Position numbers and translations under genes: made by a program
Virus record (IMG/VR): IMGVR_UViG_3300017971_007904
Strand: one strand, 5' to 3'
Source: a virus
Lineage: Duplodnaviria > Heunggongvirae > Uroviricota > Caudoviricetes
Length of the DNA: 64,000 bases
Part shown: piece after piece, positions 36,710 through 46,273 of the stretch
Numbering within the stretch: position 1 is the first letter of the stretch
How the letters are laid out: every line of letters begins with the position of its first letter
The notes under the pieces: generated by a model
The model's database searches: none
Told to the model about the DNA's origin: nothing
The model's input: the letters and a program-made list of their open reading frames with translations, nothing else

Positions 36710-37153
36710 ATGTTCCGACAAATCCTAAAGGATAATGCGATCATTATCGGCATTGTGGTGGTAGTGGCCGTTGTCGGCCTCATCTTTACCGCTGTTTCGA
36801 GTCATGCGCCACCGCCCCCTTCTACATCCATACCTGGAAAAACCCTCGAAATAGGGAATAGGTACAAGGTATTGAAGGTTCGTGTATTGGAAGGCCACGT
36901 TTTTGATGTTTACTTGGAAAACCAGAAGCGGTATCTTGTAGCGTTGGAGGGGGTGATCGGTACGCCCCCAGAGGCGAAAGAACATGTCGTTCGATTACTC
37001 AATAAATCTCAGGACGAGGGCCATTTTGTCACGATCATTCCACGAGAGTGGAATGATCGTGAATACTGGTGGATGGTTGATATGTACTTCAACTCCCAAG
37101 ACGTTACATTAGCCGAGTGGCTTAGGGCGAGGGAGTTGGTGTATAACCAATAG
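36710..37153 (+). CDS. hypothetical membrane-anchored protein
   Basis: ATG at 36710 just after the previous stop; N-terminal TM helix. Confidence 0.5.
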   Translation: MFRQILKDNAIIIGIVVVVAVVGLIFTAVSSHAPPPPSTSIPGKTLEIGNRYKVLKVRVLEGHVFDVYLENQKRYLVALEGVIGTPPEAKEHVVRLLNKSQDEGHFVTIIPREWNDREYWWMVDMYFNSQDVTLAEWLRARELVYNQ

Positions 37154-37164
37154 CAGGTGTAACA

Positions 37165-38277
37165 ATGGCCAAAACCGATAAAGAACCATTGCCTAGCAAT
37201 GGTAAAGGGAAGTCCGTGGCAACCTCTGACTCGCAGAAGTTAGACGACTTTCTGACTAAAAAGCTCGTTTCTGTGAAGGGGACGAAGAGGGTAGCGATCT
37301 TTAGTCATGCAACACCCGACCCAGATACCATAGGGTCGTTTGTAGCGTTGCGGCATCTGCTCCTTCACTCTCATGATCTGGAAGCCGACTGCTTCTATGA
37401 CGGCGACATTTCACACCCCCAGAATAAGACGGCGGTTCAGCTTCTGAACCCTGATATGAAACGGGTGAGGAACTACAAGGCGAGTGACTATTTGGTGAAT
37501 ATTCTGGTGGATACCATTCCAAGTCATGCTGGCACCGGCGATCACGATATCGATTTCGATATCGTGATCGACCACCACAAGGAGCTTCCTGGTGAGGAGT
37601 TCAAAGGGCTCTGCATACACCATCATAGTGGAAGTTGCACTGGCATCATCCATAGTTTGATGGAAGAGTATAGTCTGGAGTGGCAGGATGATGACGAGTC
37701 GCATATCCAGGTGGCGTCGGCTATCCTCGTCGGGATTATGACTGATACGGACTTTTGCACAAGGCCCGACACGACATACCGTGACTTCCAAGCCCAACAA
37801 CACATGTTTCGCTACAGCGATGCTGACATTGTGCGAAAGGTAGTGCGGTTCAACTGGCCTATGAGTTGGATCAAATTGATGGGCACGGCAATCAATGAAT
37901 ATCACGTTCAAGAGGGTGTCGCTGTTGCTGGTCTCGGTGCGTTAGAGGCGAACCAAAAGGATGCCGTTGCGTCCATCGCTGACTGGATGCTGACGTGGGG
38001 GAATATCCAAACGTCGGTTGTATTTGCTTTCTTTGATGGCGAGTACATTTCTGGGTCCATTCGGACGGTCGACCCAACGATTGAGGTCCACGAACTCTGC
38101 GCTAAATTGGGTGGCCGATTTGGTGAGGGGGGCGGAAAGAGTTTCGCCGGGCGGTACGCTAAGCCACTGGGTGCATTCGAGTTCGATCACGAGGAGGACC
38201 CGGAAGTGGTTGATCGCTGGTGGAGCCTCCAGAAGGAGCGTGAGATCGGCAAGATATTCAAGCTTCTCAATAAGTAG
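37165..38277 (+). CDS. DHH-family phosphoesterase (NrnA-like nanoRNase / pAp phosphatase)
   Basis: Motif I VAIFSHATPDPDTIGS, DHH motif IVIDHHK; DHHA1-like C-terminal region with GGG..FAG; 370 aa. Confidence 0.75.
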   Translation: MAKTDKEPLPSNGKGKSVATSDSQKLDDFLTKKLVSVKGTKRVAIFSHATPDPDTIGSFVALRHLLLHSHDLEADCFYDGDISHPQNKTAVQLLNPDMKRVRNYKASDYLVNILVDTIPSHAGTGDHDIDFDIVIDHHKELPGEEFKGLCIHHHSGSCTGIIHSLMEEYSLEWQDDDESHIQVASAILVGIMTDTDFCTRPDTTYRDFQAQQHMFRYSDADIVRKVVRFNWPMSWIKLMGTAINEYHVQEGVAVAGLGALEANQKDAVASIADWMLTWGNIQTSVVFAFFDGEYISGSIRTVDPTIEVHELCAKLGGRFGEGGGKSFAGRYAKPLGAFEFDHEEDPEVVDRWWSLQKEREIGKIFKLLNK

Positions 38278-38304
38278 ATCGACCACTCCTCACTCTAATA
38301 GGGT

Positions 38305-38610
38305 ATGGCACAACGACTATACCTTATCTACTGCTCACACTGTCACTTCAAGAAGTTGACAGACGGTTCTGACCTCGCCAATTTCGTTGAGGTTAAGACC
38401 TGCAAAGACTGTGGCGGCGCTCGCAAGTTCAAGTGTCCCCAATGTGGCCGTTTAGCGAAGGCTACAAAGGCGAATATCGGTACGCAAACCGAATCGCAAA
38501 AGCACATAGAGAAGATACGGGCGCAGCAAGAGTTGGAAAAAGAGAAGCGTAAGAAAGATCATCGCCGCTGGGTTAAAGAACGGTACGAAAAGGAGAAACG
38601 AGACGAATGA
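38305..38610 (+). CDS. small zinc-ribbon protein with Lys/Glu-rich tail
   Basis: CSHCH ... CKDCGG...CPQCG. Confidence 0.5.
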   Translation: MAQRLYLIYCSHCHFKKLTDGSDLANFVEVKTCKDCGGARKFKCPQCGRLAKATKANIGTQTESQKHIEKIRAQQELEKEKRKKDHRRWVKERYEKEKRDE

Positions 38611-39812
38611 AATTAAAGACGCTGCCCGGCGTACTTTACAACCCCGGTAATAGGGTTGAGGTTGATTCAGAAGAACCGTTACAAGATGTTCAATTCAACG
38701 TCCATAAGTTCACCAACCGTCCCAAACCGCCGAAGTCGAAGATTGTGATTATGTCAGCCTTCTCCGAGTTTGGGTGCGAATCGCTCATCCCCCTATATTG
38801 CATCCCTAGTTTACTTCAGAAGAAGTATCGTGGGTACTATTCTGTCGTTATGGGTTGGTATGGACGGGAATATCTCTACCGTCACCTAGTGGACGAGTTT
38901 TGGGAGTTGAAGGAGGAGTTTCAACCGCTACGGGATTACTGTCGGGCGTTTCACCACACGTCAAAAAACTTGAAGAACGTGGAGCGAAAGGCTGCTGAGT
39001 TCGGTAACGTAGTCAATGCGGGCGAGATCGGCGCTGTGGCGACTTACCCTCGTTTCTTGGTATGCGTGGTAGAACGGAAGGGTGTAAAGTGTGGCGGGCG
39101 TGTGACACAATTTCAAGAGTTTCAACAATGTCAAAAGTGTGGTTTCAGATATCAAGCTGCTGGAGTATTTGCGGATTGCGAAAAGGCTAGGAAGTCGGCA
39201 CGTTGGCTACCAATGCCTGCGAGCGAGAAGATGGAGCATGCGAAATCCATACTTCCGCCTAACGCCGTTGGTGTAACCGCTCGTGGTCGCAAGTGTTATG
39301 GTCGGAACTTGACCCCGGAGTTTTACGAAAGGCTCATTTGGTTGCTTGAGGATTTGGGGTATTCGCCCGTTTGGTTAGGAGAGAAGGTCACTACGTTACC
39401 ATGTCCTTGTTCTCACATTCTTGACATGAGTCGAAATACTGGGGCGAGGGATTTTGAACAAACACTGGCGTATGTGTCGCATATGACTTTTACAATCCAG
39501 TTTTGGACAGCATCGACACGTTTGGCCGGTCTAGTTGGTACGCCATTTGTCCTTTTCGAGTCGCCGGATCAGATATGGGGAGGTGGCCAGGAGGGTTACC
39601 GGTTACATCTTACAACGAGAGGTTCAAAGAAACTTGTCGCCGCTGATTACTTAACTGTAAATGAGAACAATACGAAGGCCCTTAAAGTGGTGGAGTCCGC
39701 AGTCCATGGTGTTGAAGAGGGGGACTTCTCGACAATGATAGGCCCCGTGGCGGACGAGTCAGCCGTCAAGAACATAATGCGTGGACGGCGTCATGAAATT
39801 AGTTGGTTTTAA
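38607..39812 (+). CDS. hypothetical protein
   Basis: 401 aa; ATGA overlap with the upstream gene. Confidence 0.55.
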   Translation: MKLKTLPGVLYNPGNRVEVDSEEPLQDVQFNVHKFTNRPKPPKSKIVIMSAFSEFGCESLIPLYCIPSLLQKKYRGYYSVVMGWYGREYLYRHLVDEFWELKEEFQPLRDYCRAFHHTSKNLKNVERKAAEFGNVVNAGEIGAVATYPRFLVCVVERKGVKCGGRVTQFQEFQQCQKCGFRYQAAGVFADCEKARKSARWLPMPASEKMEHAKSILPPNAVGVTARGRKCYGRNLTPEFYERLIWLLEDLGYSPVWLGEKVTTLPCPCSHILDMSRNTGARDFEQTLAYVSHMTFTIQFWTASTRLAGLVGTPFVLFESPDQIWGGGQEGYRLHLTTRGSKKLVAADYLTVNENNTKALKVVESAVHGVEEGDFSTMIGPVADESAVKNIMRGRRHEISWF

Positions 39813-40933
39813 GGAGAGCAATGTCAGAAGTACTTGATTTCATCCAGCGGGTTATCGATAGGACGGGGTTCACACGAGAGGTCTTTGTCGATAGGAAACT
39901 GCCGCTCAATCTCTCACGCTTGAGGATTATCCCCTTTTTCGGAGATAGCCGATCCGAATTTGTTTTAGCGACACTGATCCTTCCGAGACTCTTCCCAGAG
40001 GATTACACGATAGTGTGTTCGTGGCCCGGCCATGGTGGTCTTTATTCTGGCATTTCCGAGTACTGGTCAATTACTGACGAGGATGCCTTGTCTGATCTTG
40101 CTCGCAATCTCGATGGGTTTAACAACTTCAAAGCGGGTCAATACGAGCGGTTATTACTTCGCTACTTTGACAACGTCACAACCATTGACCAGTTGGTTCC
40201 CCAGTACTATCTGCACGGTTTCGGAGAGATGTTTTTCGAGAATTTCGATAAGATCGAGTATCACTTACCTTCGCTACCCTCAGTGAGCCTGGGGTGGGAT
40301 GATACCGCTGCTTTGAATCGTAAGGAGCGAATCTTTCTGATGCCGACGAAGTATATTACCCGTTGGTCCAACAAAGGTAGCTCGTCACAAATGTTTGTCG
40401 AGGAGAAGTTCTGGAGTAATCTTGTTAATAAGCTTCTCGCTAGAGATTACATGCCGATCCTCATGCAGAATTATATGACATACGACCTGTCACCGGAGTT
40501 TGCGAGCCAATGTGCTTACATCACCGAGAGGAATATCCTTGCTCGTCTCGGCGTTATGCGGGCTTGCGATTGCGTATTGGATGTCTTCAATGGTTTGTCA
40601 CGTTATGCTTTGGCGGCTCGATGTCCTTATTTCATTTGTGACGAAAGACAAAGGTACTTTTCGACGAGAGACTACATCCTTGACGACTTGTGTGGTAGTG
40701 AGTTACCAAAGGGTTTCTTGTTCTCTTTTGCTCCCATGGCGACAACTGATGCGGCTGAAAGGGTGAATAGTGCTATTGTGAATCGTTTGTATGACTTCCT
40801 TCTCAAGGTGAATCGTAATAGCTTGCCATCCACGGTTGAATGCACCCAGAGTCTTTCATATGACAACATTCGCAAGAGAGAGATCAATCGCATAGGCGTG
40901 CGTTTCATTTCATTACCACAAGAGGATAAGTAA
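39803..40933 (+). CDS. hypothetical protein
   Basis: 376 aa, overlapping the upstream gene by 10 nt. Confidence 0.55.
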   Translation: MVLRRAMSEVLDFIQRVIDRTGFTREVFVDRKLPLNLSRLRIIPFFGDSRSEFVLATLILPRLFPEDYTIVCSWPGHGGLYSGISEYWSITDEDALSDLARNLDGFNNFKAGQYERLLLRYFDNVTTIDQLVPQYYLHGFGEMFFENFDKIEYHLPSLPSVSLGWDDTAALNRKERIFLMPTKYITRWSNKGSSSQMFVEEKFWSNLVNKLLARDYMPILMQNYMTYDLSPEFASQCAYITERNILARLGVMRACDCVLDVFNGLSRYALAARCPYFICDERQRYFSTRDYILDDLCGSELPKGFLFSFAPMATTDAAERVNSAIVNRLYDFLLKVNRNSLPSTVECTQSLSYDNIRKREINRIGVRFISLPQEDK

Positions 40934-40999
40934 TTTGAGGAGGTTCATACTTTAATAATGCGGGTAAGCAAGCCCGTAACCTGAGGAAGAAGAACGAAT

Positions 41000-41206
41000 A
41001 TGAGCGTTTGCAATGTAAGAGTAGTTAACAGGCGGGGCTTTGAGCAGATGTTGAGAGCTTTCCGCCGAGCTTGTACCGAACACGGTATTCTGCATGAATG
41101 GAAAAGGCATGAATACTATGAGAAACCATCAGAGAAGCGAAGAAAGAAGGTTCGACAGATGGAGCGAGAAAAGAAGAAGGCCCAGCGTAAAAGAGGGAAA
41201 CGGTGA
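41000..41206 (+). CDS. rpsU: ribosomal protein bS21 homolog
   Basis: VRVVNRRGFEQMLRAFRRACTEHGILHEWKRHEYYEKPSEKRRKK parallels bacterial S21 ([39 protein letters not shown]..RKR). Confidence 0.8.
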   Translation: MSVCNVRVVNRRGFEQMLRAFRRACTEHGILHEWKRHEYYEKPSEKRRKKVRQMEREKKKAQRKRGKR

Positions 41207-41209
41207 TTT

Positions 41210-41566
41210 ATGAGTAAAACAACGAAAGTAATCAGTTTGTCAGTGCCGCCTCCCATCGATGATCACCTCACCGAAGTAGCGACCTTGCACGGACACGGTA
41301 ATCGGTCTAAGATAGCATGTGAAGTATTTGGGGATTTCCTCGACTTGAGTCCAAAGTCCCAAAGTGCCCTGCGGCGTGCTGCTGAGAAGCGTGGCGCTAC
41401 GGTGGCCGAACTGGTTGAATTTTTAGTCGACAAATTTCCTTTAGAAGATGATAGTGTTAGGCCGATAGTACTAAAGGTACCGGTGGATGTTTTGCGAGAC
41501 CCAGTGATGCTTGAATCCTGGCTTAAACGGAAAGTCGCCGCTTTGGTAAACCATCTTCATTCGTAA
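41210..41566 (+). CDS. hypothetical protein, possible ribbon-helix-helix N-terminus
   Basis: Beta strand (VISLSVP) followed by helices, weakly Arc/CopG-like. Confidence 0.4.
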   Translation: MSKTTKVISLSVPPPIDDHLTEVATLHGHGNRSKIACEVFGDFLDLSPKSQSALRRAAEKRGATVAELVEFLVDKFPLEDDSVRPIVLKVPVDVLRDPVMLESWLKRKVAALVNHLHS

Positions 41567-41585
41567 CGGTTAGCACAACGTAACC

Positions 41586-42059
41586 ATGCAAATTGTCGAA
41601 TCTAACGCAATACCAACTGATGTACGTCCGGTAATCGCCGAGGAGGTTGTGGAGGCGTTTAAGGTGGCTACACAGATGGAGAAAATTTGCCGGGAACATG
41701 ACGGTTTAGGAGTAGCAGCAGTCCAAGTCGGAATCCCTTGGCAACTTTTTGTTATTGCATTAAACGGCGATTTCCGCTATTGTGTTAATTGTACATACGA
41801 GCCAACGCCGGGCACATCTCGTGCCAGTAGTATCGAGGGTTGCCTGTCGTTACCAGGAAGGTTTTTTACTGTTGAAAGGTGGGCTGAAGTTCAAGTGGAG
41901 GGTCAGGAGATCATTCTGGAGGATGGGAAGCCAGCATTTACCGCATTCAGCATGTTAACGAACTTCATCGCCTTTCAGCACGAAATTGATCATCAGAACG
42001 GAATCTTGATTAGTGACTGTGGGGGTGAAGTGTTTCTTAGGCCCCTTAAGAGAAAGTAA
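41586..42059 (+). CDS. def: peptide deformylase
   Basis: All three PDF motifs: GVAAVQVG, EGCLSLPG, HEIDHQNG. Confidence 0.88.
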   Translation: MQIVESNAIPTDVRPVIAEEVVEAFKVATQMEKICREHDGLGVAAVQVGIPWQLFVIALNGDFRYCVNCTYEPTPGTSRASSIEGCLSLPGRFFTVERWAEVQVEGQEIILEDGKPAFTAFSMLTNFIAFQHEIDHQNGILISDCGGEVFLRPLKRK

Positions 42060-42067
42060 GGATTGTC

Positions 42068-42415
42068 ATGCCACTCACCGAAAAACAAGTACAACACGTT
42101 TGCCTTGCACACGTTGGTGCCAGAACCTGTCGTTACCTGGAGAACGACAAGAAGAATTGGCGGCTTCATCACTGTGTAAAGAAGGTATCTGGCAAGAAGA
42201 GGGCTATCGACAAAGAAGTCGCCAAGTATCTTGCCGATTGTAAAGCCAATCACAGCGACCCGAAGCAAGGTTGGAAACCCATTGGAGACGGTGGCACTTG
42301 TCAGGGCTATGCCTACCTGCCAACTGTTCTTCAGGGTTATGATATGAGTCATCAGAATGTCAACACGAGCCCGCCAAAGGTGAAGAAGGCGAAAAAGTTG
42401 CATTCGCATCCGTAA
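42068..42415 (+). CDS. hypothetical basic protein
   Basis: 115-aa ORF in an operon with def. Confidence 0.45.
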   Translation: MPLTEKQVQHVCLAHVGARTCRYLENDKKNWRLHHCVKKVSGKKRAIDKEVAKYLADCKANHSDPKQGWKPIGDGGTCQGYAYLPTVLQGYDMSHQNVNTSPPKVKKAKKLHSHP

Positions 42416-42429
42416 CCCAGGAGGCAATC

Positions 42430-42666
42430 ATGCCGAACCCCGAACTACGAGAGACAAAACCTGAACTCGCTGACGTGGTCGAACAACTTGAAGCTCGATA
42501 CGGAAGGGCTTTTGACCTTGGCGAAATGGCCGACCAAGCGACTTGCGCCGAAGGTATGCAGGAGCTTGGAAGGCACATCGCTAGGAACAGTTCGCAGGCC
42601 ACCATCAGCATTGGCGTCGGAGCCAAGGGTATCACACAAGTGACCATCACCGCAAACCCCAAGTAA
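42430..42666 (+). CDS. hypothetical small protein
   Basis: 78 aa, SD AGGAGG. Confidence 0.45.
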   Translation: MPNPELRETKPELADVVEQLEARYGRAFDLGEMADQATCAEGMQELGRHIARNSSQATISIGVGAKGITQVTITANPK

Positions 42667-42701
42667 TCAGGGAAACCCCGTAGAATCGCCCTGGTTAGAT
42701 G

Positions 42702-42731
42702 CCCTCGCACGCATGGCGTGCGAGGGTTTTT
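42702..42731 (+). terminator. Rho-independent terminator (between convergent genes)
   Basis: CCCTCGCACGC / GCGTGCGAGGG stem followed by TTTTT. Confidence 0.75.
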
Positions 42732-43177
42732 CATTTGATCATTTTGTATACGGTCTTCTCAACCTCGGTGTTCCAGGCGGCAGCCATAATGTCATCCTTC
42801 AAGTCCCAGTCGTCCACCATCCGAACTTGATCTGCGAGGATCGTAGAGACCTTCTTGTACTTCGATGACTTGTACATGTAGAACAGCAACAGGCCGATAG
42901 TGCCGATACCAAAAACTCCGATCAAGATACCGTCAGCTTGGATGTTAAGCCAGCCTTGCTGGACCTCATTATTTTCACCCTGGATTTCCAGAGCGTTTTG
43001 CAAACGGCCCAGTTCGATTTTGATGGCGTTCTGGTTGTTTTCTAGTGTGTTTTGATTCCCCTTAAGCTCTTCCAGTTGTTGTTCGAGTTCTGGGTTAATT
43101 CGGGGTGATAAATTGCCGCATCCGGATAGTGCTATCACACATATGACAGCTATCATAGCGATTGCGAGTCTAACCAT
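42731..43177 (-). CDS. lipoprotein with coiled-coil region and C-terminal TM helix (unimolecular-spanin-like architecture)
   Basis: Start at MVRLAIAM with AAGGAGG SD; lipobox LSGC; heptad-like QQLEELKGNQNTLENNQNAIKIELGRLQNALEIQ; TM segment ILIGVFGIGTIGLLLFYMY near the C-terminus. Confidence 0.55.
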   Translation of the reverse strand: MVRLAIAMIAVICVIALSGCGNLSPRINPELEQQLEELKGNQNTLENNQNAIKIELGRLQNALEIQGENNEVQQGWLNIQADGILIGVFGIGTIGLLLFYMYKSSKYKKVSTILADQVRMVDDWDLKDDIMAAAWNTEVEKTVYKMIK

Positions 43178-43264
43178 GTTCCCTCCTTTGTGAATATCTA
43201 TTGACGTAGATTGAAACTTCTGGTTCAATAAGGGTGTCAACCAAGTTCTGTGTGAGGTAGTCCT

Positions 43265-43750
43265 ATGTCTATACAACCAACGGACCCGTCTAAGCAACGG
43301 GAAATGGAGTCGTTTTTTCTGTCAGAAAGCGAACAGGACGACACTTTTACGGATGAAAGTGACGTAATGGAATTGATCGCTGTAGCGCCCAAGTCTCGTA
43401 TCCTTGAAGATGGCGATGAAGATGACACACCGGACGAGTCCGTAACAATGGAAGATGCGGCGGATTTCCTTACTCGTTTTTTCGAGGGCAAACGATGGCA
43501 TTGTGGTGGTCCGATCCCTAAAGCGGTTCTTCTATGTGACCGCCACCTGCAAATGGTTTTACGGCTTGAAATGAACGATTGCGTTGACCTCTTTTATGAG
43601 GCGCTGGGTGTTCCCAAACGATTTACTCGTAAAGAAACAAAGTTGCTATCATCTCTTTTGGATGAGGCGTACCAGAAGTCAATTCCGAAACATCATACTG
43701 GAGGTTTGGTGTTGGTGTATTTGCGGCTTTGCATCGGTCTGGATATCTGA
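43265..43750 (+). CDS. hypothetical acidic protein
   Basis: 161 aa. Confidence 0.5.
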   Translation: MSIQPTDPSKQREMESFFLSESEQDDTFTDESDVMELIAVAPKSRILEDGDEDDTPDESVTMEDAADFLTRFFEGKRWHCGGPIPKAVLLCDRHLQMVLRLEMNDCVDLFYEALGVPKRFTRKETKLLSSLLDEAYQKSIPKHHTGGLVLVYLRLCIGLDI

Positions 43751-43772
43751 TCGCAACATACTCCAATAGTGC

Positions 43773-44102
43773 ATGGACCTAGAATTGATATCAGGTGCGT
43801 TCTTTTACGATGATATCGTGCCGAAAGACAAGCGATACCTATTTAAGTACTTCAGTGGTGATCCACAACGGAGGTTTGTTGCATACGCATTTACTTTCGA
43901 GAAATTCAGAGATCGTCATGGGTCGTACAAGTTCTGCCGTGGCTTTGTAGACCATACTGGGTTTCAGGTGACACGGCGTGTCATTTTCAAATGGCTAGCA
44001 CGGATTAGAGACATCGAGGCAGCGCTATCAGAAGCCACCAAAGCTTTTGATATGCAGACGATAGAGACCATCAGGACAGGTAAATTTCGCTTTAGGTGTT
44101 AA
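43773..44102 (+). CDS. hypothetical protein
   Basis: 109 aa. Confidence 0.45.
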   Translation: MDLELISGAFFYDDIVPKDKRYLFKYFSGDPQRRFVAYAFTFEKFRDRHGSYKFCRGFVDHTGFQVTRRVIFKWLARIRDIEAALSEATKAFDMQTIETIRTGKFRFRC

Positions 44103-45073
44103 CAATGCCACAGCTTCGAGCGGTTCTCATAATGGGTTCCCCGTCTTCTGGGAAGACGAGCTATGCAATGTCGGATGTCTTCTCCAACTTTGTTCGCATA
44201 TCGCCTGAGGCATTTGACAGCAAAGAGGCATTACGAGAGACGATCCAGATCGTAGTGGAGAAAGGTCGGCACCTCGTCATCGATGCTTGTAATGGAACGG
44301 TTTCCCAGAGAAAGTTCTACATCGATATCATTCAGCCCAGTGGAAAGTATCAGATCGAATGCCACCACCTAAAGACCACCATGAGGGAAGCCAGAGACAA
44401 CGCCCGTGTTCGCCAGAAACGTGGTGGGCATCGTTTGAACACGGCTCAATTCATCAAGTACAGAAATGGCCTCGTTTCGCCGTCTGCCGAGGAAGGTTTT
44501 TCCGTTGTAGTGGAGATTGATTTTGTTCGCCGGGCCGAGCGGGAGTTTCACAATATTGGCGTCTTCTTGTCGTTATGGTCTATATGTTTCTCCAAGGTAC
44601 CGAAGGAATTTCCCCGTCATCCTGACGAGTTGGAGATGCATTCGGATATCGACGACATCTTGTTAGCGTACTTCAAGCGGGGTTACAAGTTTGTGATCTT
44701 GGCCAACATACCTGAAATTGCCGAGAGGGTTGTGACCGAGACAATGGCGCAGAATTGTATCATCGAGGCTATCAAAAGGTTATCGGTGCCCGTTGATGCG
44801 TTCTACTACAGCCCCCACGCATTGACTGAAGCTCACGATACAACCCTTCCTAACACCAAGTTTGCTATCTTGGCGAGAGACAAACACAAGATCGACCTGG
44901 GTCGGTCTACCATGGTGGGCCACTCAGAAGTAGAGAGGTGTTTCGCTCGCCAAGCCGGATTTGGATTGTACCTGCCAAGAGATCAGTTCTTTTGGAGTGG
45001 CAGGAACCGCCTGACGGAAGAAGAGCCGGATGGCGAAGCAAAAGAAGCCCTCAAAGTGGTGGAAGACTCATGA
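44096..45073 (+). CDS. P-loop kinase-like protein (polynucleotide-kinase-like N-terminus)
   Basis: Walker A MGSPSSGKTS within the first 25 aa; C-terminal half sits where T4 Pnk carries its HAD phosphatase, but the DxDGT motif is not conserved. Confidence 0.5.
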   Translation: MLTMPQLRAVLIMGSPSSGKTSYAMSDVFSNFVRISPEAFDSKEALRETIQIVVEKGRHLVIDACNGTVSQRKFYIDIIQPSGKYQIECHHLKTTMREARDNARVRQKRGGHRLNTAQFIKYRNGLVSPSAEEGFSVVVEIDFVRRAEREFHNIGVFLSLWSICFSKVPKEFPRHPDELEMHSDIDDILLAYFKRGYKFVILANIPEIAERVVTETMAQNCIIEAIKRLSVPVDAFYYSPHALTEAHDTTLPNTKFAILARDKHKIDLGRSTMVGHSEVERCFARQAGFGLYLPRDQFFWSGRNRLTEEEPDGEAKEALKVVEDS

Positions 45074-45705
45074 GTGTTTTGAAGATTCGAGATGATGACC
45101 TTCTTTGGAAGTACTACCAGAAGTATTACACGGTGGATGACCTTAAGGTTCCACATCCGCAGAACCTCTGTAACTACTTTTGGACGGCGGTCTTTGGTGC
45201 TATTCGATCCTTCTATATTGAAAAGCCGCTGTGGGTCGTTTGGCTGTCCGCCATTGTCTTGATTGGTGGGGTGCAGATGCTATTCTCTTGTTTGGGAACT
45301 TGGAATTTACCCGTGTTCATTCGTGTGTTCTTTGTTCCGCTTATTTTTGTCATACCTATAAGCGGGGCATTAACACTCGCCTCGACAGGGGGACGATTAA
45401 AGGGTTGGGCACTTTCCATCTATGCTGGTCTTCTACTGGGGGCGGTCATCGGTATGTTCATCGGGGCTCTGATGCTGGCGTTCAATGATCCTAACCTCAC
45501 ATGGGAGTCGTTTCTATTGTGCTTTGCTGCTCTCGCAGGTGCCGCTCTGGTGGTCGGCGTGTTCATAGGTCTAGGCTTCTTGATATATACCATCTGTAAA
45601 CCGGTGGCTGGCTGGCGGTTTGTTAAGACGATAGGCGTTTACCTTATGGCCGTCAAGCATCGTATGTGTCCTTTGATGGAACCTCCCCAGTCATTCAAAG
45701 AATAA
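45070..45705 (+). CDS. integral membrane protein (about 4 TM helices)
   Basis: ATG at 45070 overlapping the previous stop (ATGA); hydrophobic segments. Confidence 0.5.
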   Translation: MSVLKIRDDDLLWKYYQKYYTVDDLKVPHPQNLCNYFWTAVFGAIRSFYIEKPLWVVWLSAIVLIGGVQMLFSCLGTWNLPVFIRVFFVPLIFVIPISGALTLASTGGRLKGWALSIYAGLLLGAVIGMFIGALMLAFNDPNLTWESFLLCFAALAGAALVVGVFIGLGFLIYTICKPVAGWRFVKTIGVYLMAVKHRMCPLMEPPQSFKE

Positions 45706-46150
45706 CCGAATCTTCATCGACACAGATACCTCGATAGACATTCACACAGTCAGAATCTTCCGACACCATGAGGTAGTCGAGATGGTAGTCGGAGGTGAAA
45801 TACTCGCAAAATGAAGGGGTGTCGCTGGTGGCGTAGGCTGCTTGACCCTTTTGATAGACGAAGTCTTCCTCGCCGCCACACAAGACAATTTCGTCAGCAA
45901 AGTCGTCGCTATCAAAACAGTCGATTTCTTCGCCGAAACCCTCACAAATGGCGCAAATCATGCTACCGCTTAGATACGTCACGATCAAGGAGTAGTCACC
46001 GAGTTCGGCGATTGCGATATCCACACCGTCGACATCGTACCTCTCAACTTGGTTGATCACAAAGTCCTCTTGACCAGTGAACTGCTTTGATATTTCATCG
46101 TCGACCGATATCATTGCACCGCTTTTCAGCATGGCCAGTTCGTCAATCAT
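45695..46150 (-). CDS. hypothetical acidic protein
   Basis: 151 aa, Asp/Glu/Cys-rich. Confidence 0.45.
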   Translation of the reverse strand: MIDELAMLKSGAMISVDDEISKQFTGQEDFVINQVERYDVDGVDIAIAELGDYSLIVTYLSGSMICAICEGFGEEIDCFDSDDFADEIVLCGGEEDFVYQKGQAAYATSDTPSFCEYFTSDYHLDYLMVSEDSDCVNVYRGICVDEDSVIL

Positions 46151-46273
46151 GCGTATCTCCCTTTTCGTATATCTAGTAACATCCCAGATTTTATGACTAA
46201 TTTGCCTAAGGAATGTGGGTTCTGGATGCCGATAAAGGAAATAGACCCAATTTATCTCCTAAAGGATTAACTG

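Noticed and set aside
44096-45073. Full T4-type polynucleotide kinase-phosphatase
   Set aside because: The N-terminal P-loop kinase is plausible, but the HAD DxDGT phosphatase motif is not present in the C-terminal half. It is therefore annotated only as kinase-like.
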